Below are positions 20,946 through 33,320 of a stretch of DNA of 34,063 bases, piece after piece. Positions within the stretch are counted from its first letter, which is position 1. Every line of letters starts with the position of its first letter. The DNA lies in the NCBI GenBank assembly GCA_002269645.1, contig NIVC01004828.1:1-34063 (forward strand). Direction: 5' to 3'. Source of the DNA: Macrostomum lignano. Taxonomy: Eukaryota. The translations under genes were made by a program, and so were the position numbers. The notes below the pieces were generated by a model, which saw only the letters and a list, made by a program, of their open reading frames with translations, made no database searches and had not been told where the DNA came from.

Positions 20946-21340
20946 GTGATCAACTTCACTGTGTCACTTGAGTTACTTTTCAGCAGCTCTGTACTCTCGA
21001 GCAGCTGCGGAAGGAAATACAGACTAGTTCATTTTTAGACTGTGCGATGACTATAACAAAACACACAGTCTAAAGGATCGTTCCACTCTGCCATCAAATA
21101 AGACCAAATTTCGTGTGATCACACAATTTGTACATCAAATTTGATTCCTTTGTGCATTGGTCGTGTGCTTTGGTGACTCGTTTGATGGCAGTGTGAATGA
21201 GCCTTATAAGAGCTCTGACTCGCATCACGACCCCTGGTTCTAGGGCATCGCCACCGGGTTGGGACAAGGGTGGGCATGACCCCCCACAGTAAAAGCTAAG
21301 TGACCGGTTATGGAAATCAATAATTTTGCTTTGAATGTGA

Positions 21341-22400
21341 CAAAATGAGTGCCTGCAGCGCCAAAATGAGTGCCTGCGGCGCTAAAATGAGTGCCTGCAG
21401 CGCCAAAATGAGTGCCTGCGGCGCTAAAATGAGTGCCTGCAGCGCCAAAATGAGTGCCTGCGGCGCTAAAATGAGTGCCTGCAGCGCCAAAATGAGTGCC
21501 TGCAGCGCTAAAATGAGTGCCTGCAGCGCCAAAATGAGTCCCTGCGGCGCTAAAATGAGTGCCTGCAGCGCCAAAATGAGTGCCTGCGGCGCTAAAATGA
21601 GTGCCTGCAGCGCCAAAATGAGTGCCTGCGGCGCCAAAATGAGTGCCTGCGGCGCCAAAATGAGTGCCTGCAGCGCCAAAATGAGTGCCTGCAGCGCCAA
21701 AATGAGTGCCTGCAGCGCCAAAATGAGTGCCTGCGGCGCTAAAATGAGTGCCTGCAGCGCTAAAATGAGTGCCTGCGGCGCTAAAATGAGTGCCTGCAGC
21801 GCCAAAATGAGTGCCTGCAGCGCCAAAATGAGTGCCTGCAGCGCCAAAATGAGTGCCTGCGGCGCTAAAATGAGTGCCTGCGGCGCCAAAATGAGTGCCT
21901 GCGGCGCTAAAATGAGTGCCTGCAGCGCCAAAATGAGTGCCTGCGGCGCTAAAATGAGTGCCTGCAGCGCCAAAATGAGTGCCTGCAGCGCCAAAATGAG
22001 TGCCTGCAGCGCCAAAATGAGTGCCTGCAGCGCCAAAATGAGTGCCTGCGGCGCTAAAATGAGTGCCTGCAGCGCTAAAATGAGTGCCTGCAGCGCCAAA
22101 ATGAGTGCCTGCAGCGCCAAAATGAGTGCCTGCAGCGCCAAAATGAGTGCCTGCGGCGCTAAAATGAGTGCCTGCAGCGCTAAAATGAGTGCCTGCAGCG
22201 CCAAAATGAGTGCCTGCGGCGCTAAAATGAGTGCCTGCAGCGCCAAAATGAGTGCCTGCGGCGCTAAAATGAGTGCCTGCAGCGCCAAAATGAGTGCCTG
22301 CGGCGCTAAAATGAGTGCCTGTGGCCCCAAAATGAGTGCCTGCGACCCCAAAACGAGTACTGCGACCCCAAAATGAGTGCCTGCGGCCCCAAAATGAGTG
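21341..22400. repeat. 21-bp minisatellite (aaaatgagtgcctgcRgcgcY), about 50 units, intronic
   Basis: Directly visible. It produces the spurious 343-403 aa ORFs. Confidence 0.97.
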
Positions 22401-22637
22401 AGTCGAGTCGACCCTGACTCGGTAATATTCAATTAAAATTTGAAAGTTCACACGCTATCTCTTGAAATTATCTTTTTAGAAGTGGATCGGACTACGACTT
22501 GAGCTGCAAGTTCAGAACAAAACGAGTTCAATTCATACGTCGAAAACAAGTAAATCAATGCCGAAAAGCTGAAGTCTCATAGCCTTACATAGTCTAGCGT
22601 GTTGCATTTACATTCCGTTTTAACGTCAAAATTGCAG

Positions 22638-22774
22638 CCAATTATCAGCTAAAATGTGCGGAAGCGGAGGAATACAGCTGCTTTAGAATGACTGATTTCT
22701 TTCATCTGCGACACACTGACCGCGGATCCGAAGTTTTAATTCAGTTGGATGGTGTTTACCGAATCAATGCAGCT
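22638..22774 (+). CDS. TNF-like gene 1, internal exon (first half of TNF homology domain)
   Basis: Not in the ORF track. aattgcag|(A)NYQLKCAEAEEYSCFRMTDFFHLRHTDRGSEVLIQLDGVYRINAA|gtaagg. An alternative acceptor at 22648 is possible. Confidence 0.72.
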
Positions 22775-22849
22775 GTAAGGCCTGCTGTTTGTTGAAAATT
22801 GTGTATTTTTTGTCTACATTTGTTTACAAATAGTCCATCATGATTAGTC

Positions 22850-24737
22850 CCATCACCGATCCGTCCATCACCGGTTGGTCCCGTCACCGATTAGTCCCGT
22901 CACCGATTAGTCCATCACCGATTAGTCCATCACCAACTCATCCATCACCAACTCATCCATCACCAATTCATCCATCACCAATTCATCCATCACCAACTCA
23001 TACATCACCAATTCATCCATCACCAACTCATCCATCACCAATTCATACATCACCAACTCATCCATCACTAATTCATCCATCACCAATTCATCCATCATCA
23101 ACTCATCCATCACCAACTCATCCATCACCAACTCATCCATCACCAATTCATCCATCACCAACTCATCCATCACCAATTCATCCATCACCAATTCATCCAT
23201 CACCAACTCATCCATCACCAATTCATCCATCACCAACTCATCCATCACCAATTCATCCATCACCAACTCATCCATCACCAATTCATCCATCACCAACTCA
23301 TCCATCACCAATTCATCCATCACCAATTCATCCATCACCAATTCATACATCACCCATTCATCCATCACTAATTCATCCATCACCAATTCATCCATCACCA
23401 ACTCATCCATCACCAATTCATACATCACCAATTCATCCATCACCAATTCATCCATCACTAATTCATCCATCACTAATTCATCCATCACCAACTCATCCAT
23501 CACCAATTCATCCATCACCAACTCATCCATCACCAATTCATACATCACCAACTCATCCATCACTAATTCATCCATCACCAATTCATCCATCACCAACTCA
23601 TCCATCACCAACTCATCCATCACCAATTCATCCATCACCAACTCATCCATCACCAATTCATCCATCACCAACTCATCCATCACCAATTCATACATCACTA
23701 ATTCATCCATCACCAATTCATCCATCACCAACTCATCCATCACCAATTCATCCATCACCAATTCATCCATCACCAATTCATCCATCACCAATTCATACAT
23801 CACCAACTCATATATCACCAATTCATACATCACCAACTCATATATCACCAATTCATACATCACCAATTCATCCATCACCAACTCATCCATCACCAACTCA
23901 TCCATCACCAATTCATCCATCACCAATTCATCCATCACTAACTCATCCATCACCAATTCATCCATCACCAACTCATCCATCACCAATCCATCCATCACCA
24001 ACTCATCCATCACCAATTCATCCATCACTAATTCATCCATCACTAATTCATCCATCACCAATTCATACATCACCAATTCATCCATCACCAATTCATCCAT
24101 CACCAATTCATCCATCACTAATTCATCCATCACTAATTCATCCATCACCAATTCATACATCACCAATTCATACATCACCAATTCATCCATCACCAATTCA
24201 TCCATCACTAATTCATCCATCACTAATTCATCCATCACTAATTCATACATCACCAACTCATATATCACCAATTCATACATCACCAACTCATATATCACCA
24301 ATTCATACATCACCAATTCATCCATCACCAACTCATCCATCACCAACTCATCCATCACCAATTCATCCATCACCAATTCATCCATCACTAACTCATCCAT
24401 CACCAATTCATCCATCACCAACTCATCCATCACCAATCCATCCATCACCAACTCATCCATCACCAATTCATCCATCACTAATTCATCCATCACTAATTCA
24501 TCCATCACCAATTCATACATCACCAATTCATCCATCACCAATTCATCCATCACCAATTCATCCATCACTAATTCATCCATCACTAATTCATCCATCACCA
24601 ATTCATACATCACCAATTCATACATCACCAATTCATCCATCACCAATTCATCCATCACTAATTCATCCATCACTAATTCATCCATCACTAATTCATCCAT
24701 CACTAATTCATCCATCACCAATTCACCCATCACCAAT
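22850..24737. repeat. 15-bp minisatellite (catccatcaccaa(t/c)t), about 125 units, intronic
   Basis: Directly visible. It produces the spurious IHPSP and VMDEL ORFs. Confidence 0.97.
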
Positions 24738-24743
24738 TTCAAG

Positions 24744-24977
24744 GTGACTTTTTGGAATCCAAGCCCATCTGTGCCAGTTGACACTTCGGCTAAAGTTAAC
24801 GGGCAGTCCTGGATCAGCTGCATAGAGACAGTGTTCGGTCTCTACACGCACTGCACCATCTTCGGCACTCGGTACCTGCGACGTGGCTCAGTGCTGACCT
24901 TTAATAGCTCAGATTCAGGCAAACCCATCAGCCAGCTCGGCCATCTGACCTACTTTGAAATAGAAATGCGACAGTGA
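24744..24977 (+). CDS. TNF-like gene 1, last exon
   Basis: tttcaag|VTFWN...ISC...[17 protein letters not shown]...[10 protein letters not shown]. Joined to the previous exon it gives DGVYRINAA|VTF, matching the TNF G.Y.(V/I)..QV.F strand, followed by the G...L..G and TYF strands. Confidence 0.75.
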   Translation: MTFWNPSPSVPVDTSAKVNGQSWISCIETVFGLYTHCTIFGTRYLRRGSVLTFNSSDSGKPISQLGHLTYFEIEMRQ

Positions 24978-25382
24978 CCGCCAGTATGAATGAGACAGTA
25001 GTTTTCACTATATGCATACAGTACTGTTTGAGTTTGTTCTGATTAAAATACTTTTTTTTAAAAAAATCAGTGTTTCATTTTTATGGAGTCAATTAGTTTT
25101 CATCAATAGCTTCTTTGCAATGCTAATTTATAACTTGTATTAAATGTTGCACATGCATATATGTTTCTCTGTTATATATAAACGCAATTTGCGGCTCTAA
25201 ATATGGTTTCTATGAGATCATTTCAGGGGTGAAGCTACCGGGATAGAGGGTGGTCTCAACAATAGACTGGCAAAAATTATGACTTCCACATTCTCAGTTT
25301 TAGCAGTTCCCCAGCAACTACTTTAATTGTCTTTGGCAGCACTTCATGCCGCAGGCGCTCATGGTGCTGGCACTCCTTTTTG

Positions 25383-25602
25383 CTGGCGCCCCTTGATACT
25401 GGCGCCCCTTGATACTGGCGCCCCTTGATACTGGCGCCCCTGGATACTGGCGCCCCTTGATACTGGCGCCCCTTGATACTGGCGCCCCTTGATACTGGCG
25501 ACCCTTGATACTGGCGACCCTTGATACTGGCGCCCTTGATACTGGTGCCCTTGATATTGGCGCCCCAATTGATACTGGCGCCCCTTGATACTGGCGCCCC
25601 TT
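25383..25602. repeat. 16-bp minisatellite (gatactggcgcccctt), about 14 units
   Basis: Directly visible. Confidence 0.93.
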
Positions 25603-26266
25603 CACTGTCGCCTTGGGGCCCACACAAAGATGTGCCTCCTCATGTAATGAAAAATACTGGCTATGCCTCTATTTGACCGACTATGACTCTTCAAGCAAGA
25701 TTACTTCAAGATTACTTCAAGAAAAAGAGATCTAAAGCACCAGGTCCACCTGCATGATTGAAACCTCTTTCTATTTGAATAAACTACATTTTGTTTTGTT
25801 TTAACCTTGATACATTTCTTTATTCAAAACTTGGTTGCTGTCAAATCACGTGGTTGGCGGATGTTTAGAAAAATATATACACGCACCTTTAAAAGAATCC
25901 GTGTGAAATATGTACAGAAAAAGTTTAACAAAAGTTTGCGCTAAGCTTCATAAACATAGCGCAATAATTTTCGCCAAAATTTTACGTTTTGCAACTGTCC
26001 CAAGTTTTTCGATGTAATTTTATTCAGTGCTACTTGATAAATCGCAATATAAACAAAGTTCGGTGGTGACATTTCACCTGGTAGAACTTCCCTGCACAGG
26101 GGTGAGAGAGTGAGGGGAGAGAGAGAGGGAAAGATAGCATGCCCCCGCTTCCATGTACATCACACACGTACATCATAAAGATACAAAACTGCGGCCATAC
26201 GCGGGACATTTACTAGTCTAGACAAGAAAAGCCTCTTGGATTAAAGTTAACCTGGACTCAACCAAA

Positions 26267-26451
26267 ATGGCTACTGGCGGCGTGGGGCACCTGTGGCAAA
26301 CGGGCGAGTACATCAACAGGTCACCGGAGGCATCCGATAATAGTAGAGAGGCGTCATTCACAAATCAATTCAGTTCGGATGGCGGGTCGACCTCGGATTA
26401 TTTGCAGCCCAATCCAGCTCGACCGCCTGTCGGTCAGCAGCATGTAAACAG
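26267..26451 (+). CDS. TNF-like gene 2, exon 1
   Basis: aaaATG context, MATGGVGHLW..., donor ag|gtaat at 26452 (alternative donor at 26444). Confidence 0.6.
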
Positions 26452-26620
26452 GTAATAAAATCTCTGCGAATGCTTCTGTCGTTAATATTCGATCGCGCTC
26501 TAAATTACTGTGCCTTAATCCTTTGTTTCTGCCTGCGGCCACCAAGAATGAAAAATGGGGAAAAACAGGTTGAAAATTTACATATTATTAGTTTTCAGAA
26601 ACAATTAGGGTTTTAGAAAA

Positions 26621-26880
26621 AGTTAGGGGAATTCCGGTTAGGGGAATCCTAGTCAGTGGTATTCCAGTTAGTGGAATCCCAGTCGGTGGAATCCCAGTTA
26701 AGGGAGTCCCAGTCGGTGGAATCCCAATTAGGGAAATCCCAATTACTGGAATCCCAATTAGGGAAATCCCAGTAAGGAGAATCCCAGTCAGTTAATTCTC
26801 AGTCAGTGGAATTCCAGTTAGGGGAATCCCAGACAATGAAATCCCAGTTAAGAGGTATTCCATTGAAGGGAATCTCAGTA
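26621..26880. repeat. Degenerate 15-bp array (agttagnggaatccc), about 17 units, in TNF-like gene 2 intron 1; includes kappaB-consensus decamers
   Basis: 15-bp period visible. GGGGAATTCC at 26626, GGGAAATCCC at 26731 and 26761, GGGGAATCCC at 26821. Confidence 0.85.
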
Positions 26881-27104
26881 AGTAGTATTAGTGGAACAAT
26901 TGCAAATCAAAGGAAATTGATTCATCATAAGCACAACAAAATTTTCTAATTTTAAATTAAATCACGATCGAAGCTCATTGTTAGTTTGTATGAAAGCCAA
27001 TAAGTAGCGAGTTCGAATGATAATGCGTTCCAGGAAAATCGCCACAATTGCGACAACCCGGGAGCCGGCTCGCTGCCAGCCGTACAGCCGTTGCACTTTA
27101 CCAG

Positions 27105-27390
27105 CATCCAGTCACCGCACCTGAGGAGGCCTAATAACCCACACAGCAGCAGAGACACTGCGGAGCCGAGCCCGCCAACCCTGCCAGAGAGAGATCCGCG
27201 AGAGGAGGCCACAGCTGCGGCGATGGAGCAAGCCATGGTCAGGAGGCCAAATCAGCTGGGCAGAATTCGACAATCGTTGGCAGAGACGCTGAATTCGAGC
27301 GCTTGTCGGTTGGCCTCGACTCTGAGTGCGCAGCTGCTGCTGACGCTGCTGCTGGTTGGGTACTATTTGGCTTGGTGCAGCTGCAATAGC
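27105..27390 (+). CDS. TNF-like gene 2, exon 2 (TM helix); may begin at 27034
   Basis: ttaccag| acceptor in phase 2, ...SAQLLLTLLLVGYYLAWCSCNS|gtaagt. Confidence 0.7.
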
Positions 27391-27699
27391 GTAAGTGGTG
27401 AATTATAATCATAATAATCGCAGTAGGGTTCTGGCGCAACATCGTCCCACAACGATGGCAGAAAAGCTTGGCTGTAGCATTGATGGTCTGCATATTTTCC
27501 GAATCAGGAACAGCCGGTCCCATCGGGTCCTTACGGCGGAGCTAAATTTCTCAGATTATATGATTCTTTTTTTGAACACGTTTCATTCTGCAAAAAGTTT
27601 TATCGTATTTTAGTCTATCTACTTGCAGTAGAAAGTTTGGCTGATTGCTGAATGACTCTACACATTTAATCTCGTTGTCATCCTCTTTACTGCCAACAG

Positions 27700-27787
27700 A
27701 TCCGGGATCCCAATAGGCCGCTAAGTTGGATCAGGCTAACGATTAATTCTCATGAAGCGGATTGCCCGGATATCAACCAACTGACAA
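27700..27787 (+). CDS. TNF-like gene 2, exon 3
   Basis: ccaacag|IRDPNRPLSWIRLTINSHEADCPDINQLT|gtagct. Phase 0 to 1 links the flanking exons, but the donor is weak. Confidence 0.55.
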
Positions 27788-27820
27788 GTAGCTGAAATGC
27801 AGAGCTGTTGGTCAAGCCTG

Positions 27821-28320
<500 letters not shown>

Positions 28321-28371
28321 CGTATAGGTGCATCACATATGATTAAATGCTACCTTGGCATCCCTTTATAG

Positions 28372-28517
28372 AAGTCCTATCGACTCCAAGCGGCAGGAGA
28401 ATGGTCTTATTTGCTCCAGAAAGCACGAGTAAGTTATCAAACTCGTTGATTGGCTTCAACAGGACAAGCCTCTTCGCCACCGTTAAATCAAAGGGTGACT
28501 ACCGGATTGCTTCGAAA
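28372..28517 (+). CDS. TNF-like gene 2, exon 4
   Basis: ccctttatag|...VLSTPSGRR...FATVKSKGDYRIASK|gtgagt. Phase 1 to 0, the same as the corresponding exon of gene 1. Confidence 0.72.
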
Positions 28518-28647
28518 GTGAGTGTAAACTGTTTTCTCCATTGATATACTCGTAGCTCGTAATTGGTTTATCCAGATTCGTAACCAGAAACTTTATCAGT
28601 GGAAGGTCCTTTTTGGGAAAAGCTGTTTTGTTTGATGGGGCCGAGCC

Positions 28648-28834
28648 AGCACCAGGAGCTTTAGCACCACCAGGGGCTTTAACATCAGTGGCTTTAACAC
28701 CAGGGGCTTTAACACCAGGGGCTTTAACACAAGTGGCTTTAACACCAGGGGCTTCAGCACCAGGGGCTTCAGCACCAGGGGCTTCAGCACCAGGGGCTTC
28801 AGCACCAGGGGCTTCAGCACCAGGGGCTTCAGCA
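28648..28834. repeat. 15-bp minisatellite (accaggggcttYaRc), about 12 units, intronic
   Basis: Directly visible. Confidence 0.92.
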
Positions 28835-28884
28835 TCATTGAATGCATCATTGATTTATGCCTTCCATAACACACGCTTGACAAG

Positions 28885-29136
28885 ATCTGCTTTTCTATAA
28901 GCACTGGAACGGTGAAATTCGGAATCTGGATTAACAATACGGATGAAATCGACTACTGCCGAATTGGTGCCCTGACGGCGGGAAGCGCTGTGCACGAGTG
29001 CTGCTCTCTGTTCGGGATCAGGAGTCTGGAAGCTGGCGAAACCCTTGCCGTGCTGATGCAGCCTGCGGACAGCAGCTCTGTAAAATTGGCCTGCCAGCCG
29101 TCTATGACGTCATTCTCGTTGGAGAAACGGCAGTAG
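28885..29136 (+). CDS. TNF-like gene 2, last exon
   Basis: cttgacaag|ICFSISTGTVKFGIWINN..DYC..CSLFGIRSLEAGETL..MTSFSLEKRQ*. Aligns with gene 1 ([15 protein letters not shown]; [10 protein letters not shown]). Confidence 0.72.
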   Translation: MCFSISTGTVKFGIWINNTDEIDYCRIGALTAGSAVHECCSLFGIRSLEAGETLAVLMQPADSSSVKLACQPSMTSFSLEKRQ

Positions 29137-30302
29137 CTACTGATTGAGTGTCTTCGGTGAAAATTTGCTGTCAGAATCGATGAGGACCTGCGATATACTC
29201 ATTGCGTATGCGAAATAATTCTCATTAGTGATGATCAACAACTCATTGAACTCATCAACTCGGCAACAATAAATTGCTAAATGAATTGCTAAATAAACAA
29301 TAAATTGCGGGAATGAAGCCAAGGCTGGGGTCAGAAATGCGGTTATGGGAATGAGGTCAAGGCTGGGATCAAAAACGATCAGGTCAAAGAATGGCACGGC
29401 AAAGATTCTCAGCTGTCACTGAAGAACCCAAAAGTTCGGTTCAAACTATGACGCATCATGATATTAATTGATTATGTACAATAATTTTTCCGTTTGATTT
29501 AAAAACTGGTAATCTATATTTACTATTGCACGTGCTTTCGATGTCGATTCGGGGGCATTGCACAGAAAATATACGCTGTCAATACATACATGTGTGACGA
29601 AGTTGTAGGCCTACTTTTCTTTTGCTGACGACTGATGTTGATGAGTGGCGTAGCGGTCTATCAGGACCCACATATATAATGAACAAGTGTAGCAAACTAA
29701 GCGAGGGGGTACAGGGTCGAGCTGTCGAAATACTGTCGAACTATTCAATATATTTATCTATTAAAAGTATTAGAGCCAGTGCAAGGCCAAGACTCAAGAG
29801 CGACGATCGAGCGACCAACCAAACAATCAACTTGGAGGCGAAATTCAAAACGTTTTATAGTAATTTGAAATTTAAGTATAGAGATTTAAACAAAAAGAGC
29901 GTAAACTAAAACTGCTTAAAATATCAAACAATACATACAGATGAACAATTTGATACAATAATTAATCATTATTCTTTTGTAAAGACTTTCACAACGACGG
30001 CACACAAAACGATCTACAACAGTTCAAACCGTCACACATGTGTCGCTGCATAATAAGCCTTCCTTACATCCAGAACAAAAAGACAGGTTGGGCCAGCGAC
30101 AAAAATACAAATTTGCAATTTATGGATTGTACGTATATTGTACGTGAAATCTGATGTGAAATTGAGACACTAAGCTGGCAGGTTAGTTACTCCTTTTTCC
30201 CACCGAAGTTTGCTCGCCGAAATATGCCCGCCGATATTATTGGCTCGCATGTTGCATGCTTGCCGACATAAAATTTGGCCCGCGTCGGGAAAGTGCCTGT
30301 GA

Positions 30303-30398
30303 CTAGGCATTGCAAATCCCGGCTGTTCTACGATCCCGGGATCCCGGACGAAGCAATTTGACTCAATCCCGGGATCCCGGACCCAATCCCGGGATTGA
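30303..30398. repeat. Clustered ATCCCGGG(ATCCCGG) motifs, probable DNA-transposon end remnant
   Basis: Several atcccgggatcccgg motifs follow taggcattgcaaatccc. No matching opposite end was found. Confidence 0.4.
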
Positions 30399-31408
30399 CA
30401 TTTTAAATATTTTTGCCGATAGAATGCCAGAAAACCTGCTTCTTTTAAACGTTTTTTAAAAAGTAATAACTTTTCTTTTTGCTTTTACTAAAAAGCCGGT
30501 ATAATTTAAACCGGCGCACAGTCAAATAGCTGACAGTACATATGTCAATTTTTGCAGTCAATTGTCGTGCCTGTGTAAAGTAAAACCGGTAAACCGGCAA
30601 ACCGGTAAAAATAAAAAACCTGCTTAACAAAATCTAACGAAACATATAAAGTACCATTTAAAAACTTCATTTTATTAAATTTTTCTCTAAATTATTCAAG
30701 TATCAAATGCATAATGTTTAAAGTTGCATATGCCTGATAGAGGCAAAAATGAGTTCCTTTTATTTTTCACAATGCTAAATTCTAGGAAGAAAATTTACAT
30801 TTCATAAATTTTATGAATCGTTTTCATTTAGACATTATACCAATAACCAAACGGCTTGGTTTGCTTTTTATGTGTACACAATCTTAATTTGTGATTTCCT
30901 TGTAGTATGAGCTAAACGTTCATTCTTTATTCAATGCTAGCCATCCATGTCCATCCAAAAGAAAACAGGTCGAAATTTCATTTAACTGTCAATGAAGAAA
31001 ACTAAAACTGGTTGCAATTATACAAAATTGATCGAGCTAGCATCTCAGATGAACCTGAGCTGTGGTTTTTAACTCAAAAGATCCATATGCTAAAAATGGT
31101 CTGTCGGTATCTATCTATCTATTGTAAACTGAAAATATAAATATTGTCATATAATATTTTGCTTGAATATAAGAAATTCATAGAGTAGCTAGCTTTTTTC
31201 ATGAATCATAGGTGGCTAGCCTATTTATTTATCTTCTGATCATAGTTGGTGTATAAGTATGGAGTTATAAAATAAAATGTAATTTTTTACTGCAATATAA
31301 AATTGAATAAAAGCTTTTATTTTTGACTGCAATATAAAATTGATTTTTAATTGTATTGCTAATAAAAGTAAGATTATTGAATCTAATAGGGCCTAGTATT
31401 ACTATAGG

Positions 31409-33320
31409 CAGTGTTGGGCAAAGTTCCGGCACTTTTGGCACTTTTAGTATCAGAAGTTACTTTTTTAAAGTGGCACTTTTTCCAGTTCTTTTTTTCAGAA
31501 TGCCGGACTAGGGTAACAGAAGTTACTTTTTGATAAATCTGGTCCTCCGGCACTTTAAATTGAAATTTTAGCTGCCAAACAGCCAATTTAGCACTAAAAT
31601 TTCCCAAAAGCGCTAAACTTTTACCAAAATACTCATAGTACAATTATAAAAAGGTAAAAAAGAGATGATCCTAGTTTGTGTAGTTTTTATCTTTTAAGTT
31701 AAAGCACATTTTAAGCACCCTAAAATCATAGAACTAAGTAATTATTGGTAACCACTAATGCTGAAACAAGACACTTTCAAAACAATAAATGTCCTTTAAC
31801 AACTCCTCACAAGATTTTGATCTAACAAGGATAACTAGCAGTACATCAGGACACTACCACATGATTCGTGGAAAATCTTTTGAATAATTTTGAGGCTAAT
31901 TATAATTTTCTGATTGTAGCACATGGCACACTAATCAAGTTATTTTAAATCTTGTGCATTGGTCCATCTATCAAATTCTATCCATTTTTTATCCTGGTAT
32001 CTTTTTTTCTTAATTGTTAACTGGCATTTCTTCTACAATGATAAGAAGATTATCATTGATTCTAAATTAGTCAGCTGTGCAAAAGTACACTTACACTATT
32101 ATAAAAGTATAGCTGTTGTAAACTATAGAACAATGTGGGGACAAGAATGACCCAGAAAAACTAAAAGTCATCTGAAGAAATATTCTACTCATTGTGACAC
32201 ACTTATTGGACAAAAATGATCAGCTTCATTCATACTTCTGAAGAGTCAGAATCAACATTTGAAATTTGGCCTCCAAATTTTTTTCTACAAATCACAACTA
32301 GCGTCCTGATATATCAGATGCTGCTAATCATTGTTTTGTAAAGGTTTTGTTTATTCACTCAAATTTTGGATGCAATAATAAAAAAATATTATGTAGCATC
32401 TTTTTTGAGGAATAACAGCATGTATAAGTCTCGACCAACAAATAATTTTTGTTTTTTTTCATAAAGACATGTTTGAGCACTTAATAATTGGCCATTCTTT
32501 AAAATAAAGGACCAGTAATGAAAGTACCGGAAGTTACTTTTTATAAAAAGTACCGGTACTGGAACAAGTGCCAAAAGTTACTTTCCCTGGAACTGGAAGT
32601 TACTTAATTGGAAGTTACTTTTTCAAAGTAACTTGCCCAACTTTGACTTACTTGACTTAGCTGCAGGGCGGTCCGAAGACGCAGCGGGGAGGCGAGCGTC
32701 GCCCATTCCGCTAATCCCTGAAAGACCCGCATAGGCTAGGGCGCGGGGCCGGTCAGGGAGGTCTGCCGGTCCTGTCAGCAGCGTTGTCTTCGGTGGGGAA
32801 GACGGAGGCTCGCTTGGTGGCCCGGAGGAACCGGATGAGCCGTGGGATGTTCTCGGGCCGGCAAACGTCGTCCAGGGACGGGTTGGGTCCGAGGTGGTTG
32901 AGCCGGTCTTGGTTGAAGGCCGGGCAGTGGCAGATGAAGTGCTTGGCGTCTTCGTTCTCAAGGTTGCAGAAAGGGCAGAGTTCGCTCCGGCGGGCACTTC
33001 GGAGGAAACAGTGCCTGGCAAAGCAACCGTGACCTGTGAAGGTCATAGTGAGAGCGCGGATATCTTTTCGATTTTGGTTCAAAAGGATTCTCCGCAGCTT
33101 AAGGGACGGATTGGGCACTGCCGCACGAGATTGGCGGCAGTTGGAGATACCATCCCATCTGCGCAAGTGCAGGATGTCCGCCCAGTCGTTAATCTGACGA
33201 TTAATGACTGTGGCGGGGATGGGGGCCAGGGGCACGGGGCCAAGGAGCGAGCCGGAACACCCCGCCTTAGCGAGGGAGTCGGCGAGCTCGTTACCTTTGA
33301 AGCCAACTTGCCCAACACTG
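31409..33320. mobile_element. Non-autonomous hAT-superfamily DNA transposon (about 1.24 kb without the nested LINE)
   Basis: TIR CAGTGTTGGGCAA at 31409 and TTGCCCAACACTG ending at 33320. 8-bp TSD ACTATAGG at 31401-31408 and 33321-33328. Subterminal AAGTTACTT repeats at both ends. No transposase ORF. Confidence 0.9.
32642..33304 (-). mobile_element. 5'-truncated non-LTR retrotransposon (I-group/R1/Loa-like; RNase H end plus CCHC zinc knuckle)
   Basis: GFKGNELADSLAK (RNase H C-terminus), LTMTFTGHG and CPFC...EDAKHFICHCP, stop at 32753. 3' tail TAAGTCAAGTAAGTCAAA. 12-bp TSD AACTTGCCCAAC at 32630-32641 and 33305-33316. Confidence 0.9.

Noticed and set aside
21240-24823. 343-635 aa repetitive ORFs (AGTHFGA, QALILAL, MSACSAK, IHPSP, VMDEL)
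   Set aside because: Units of 21 and 15 bp are multiples of 3, so frames stay open on both strands. The arrays lie in introns of the TNF-like gene.
29137-29397. 86-aa hydrophobic minus-strand ORF abutting the TNF-like gene 2 stop
   Set aside because: GTG start, contains an internal short duplication, lies in the presumed 3'UTR, and has no domain or splice support.
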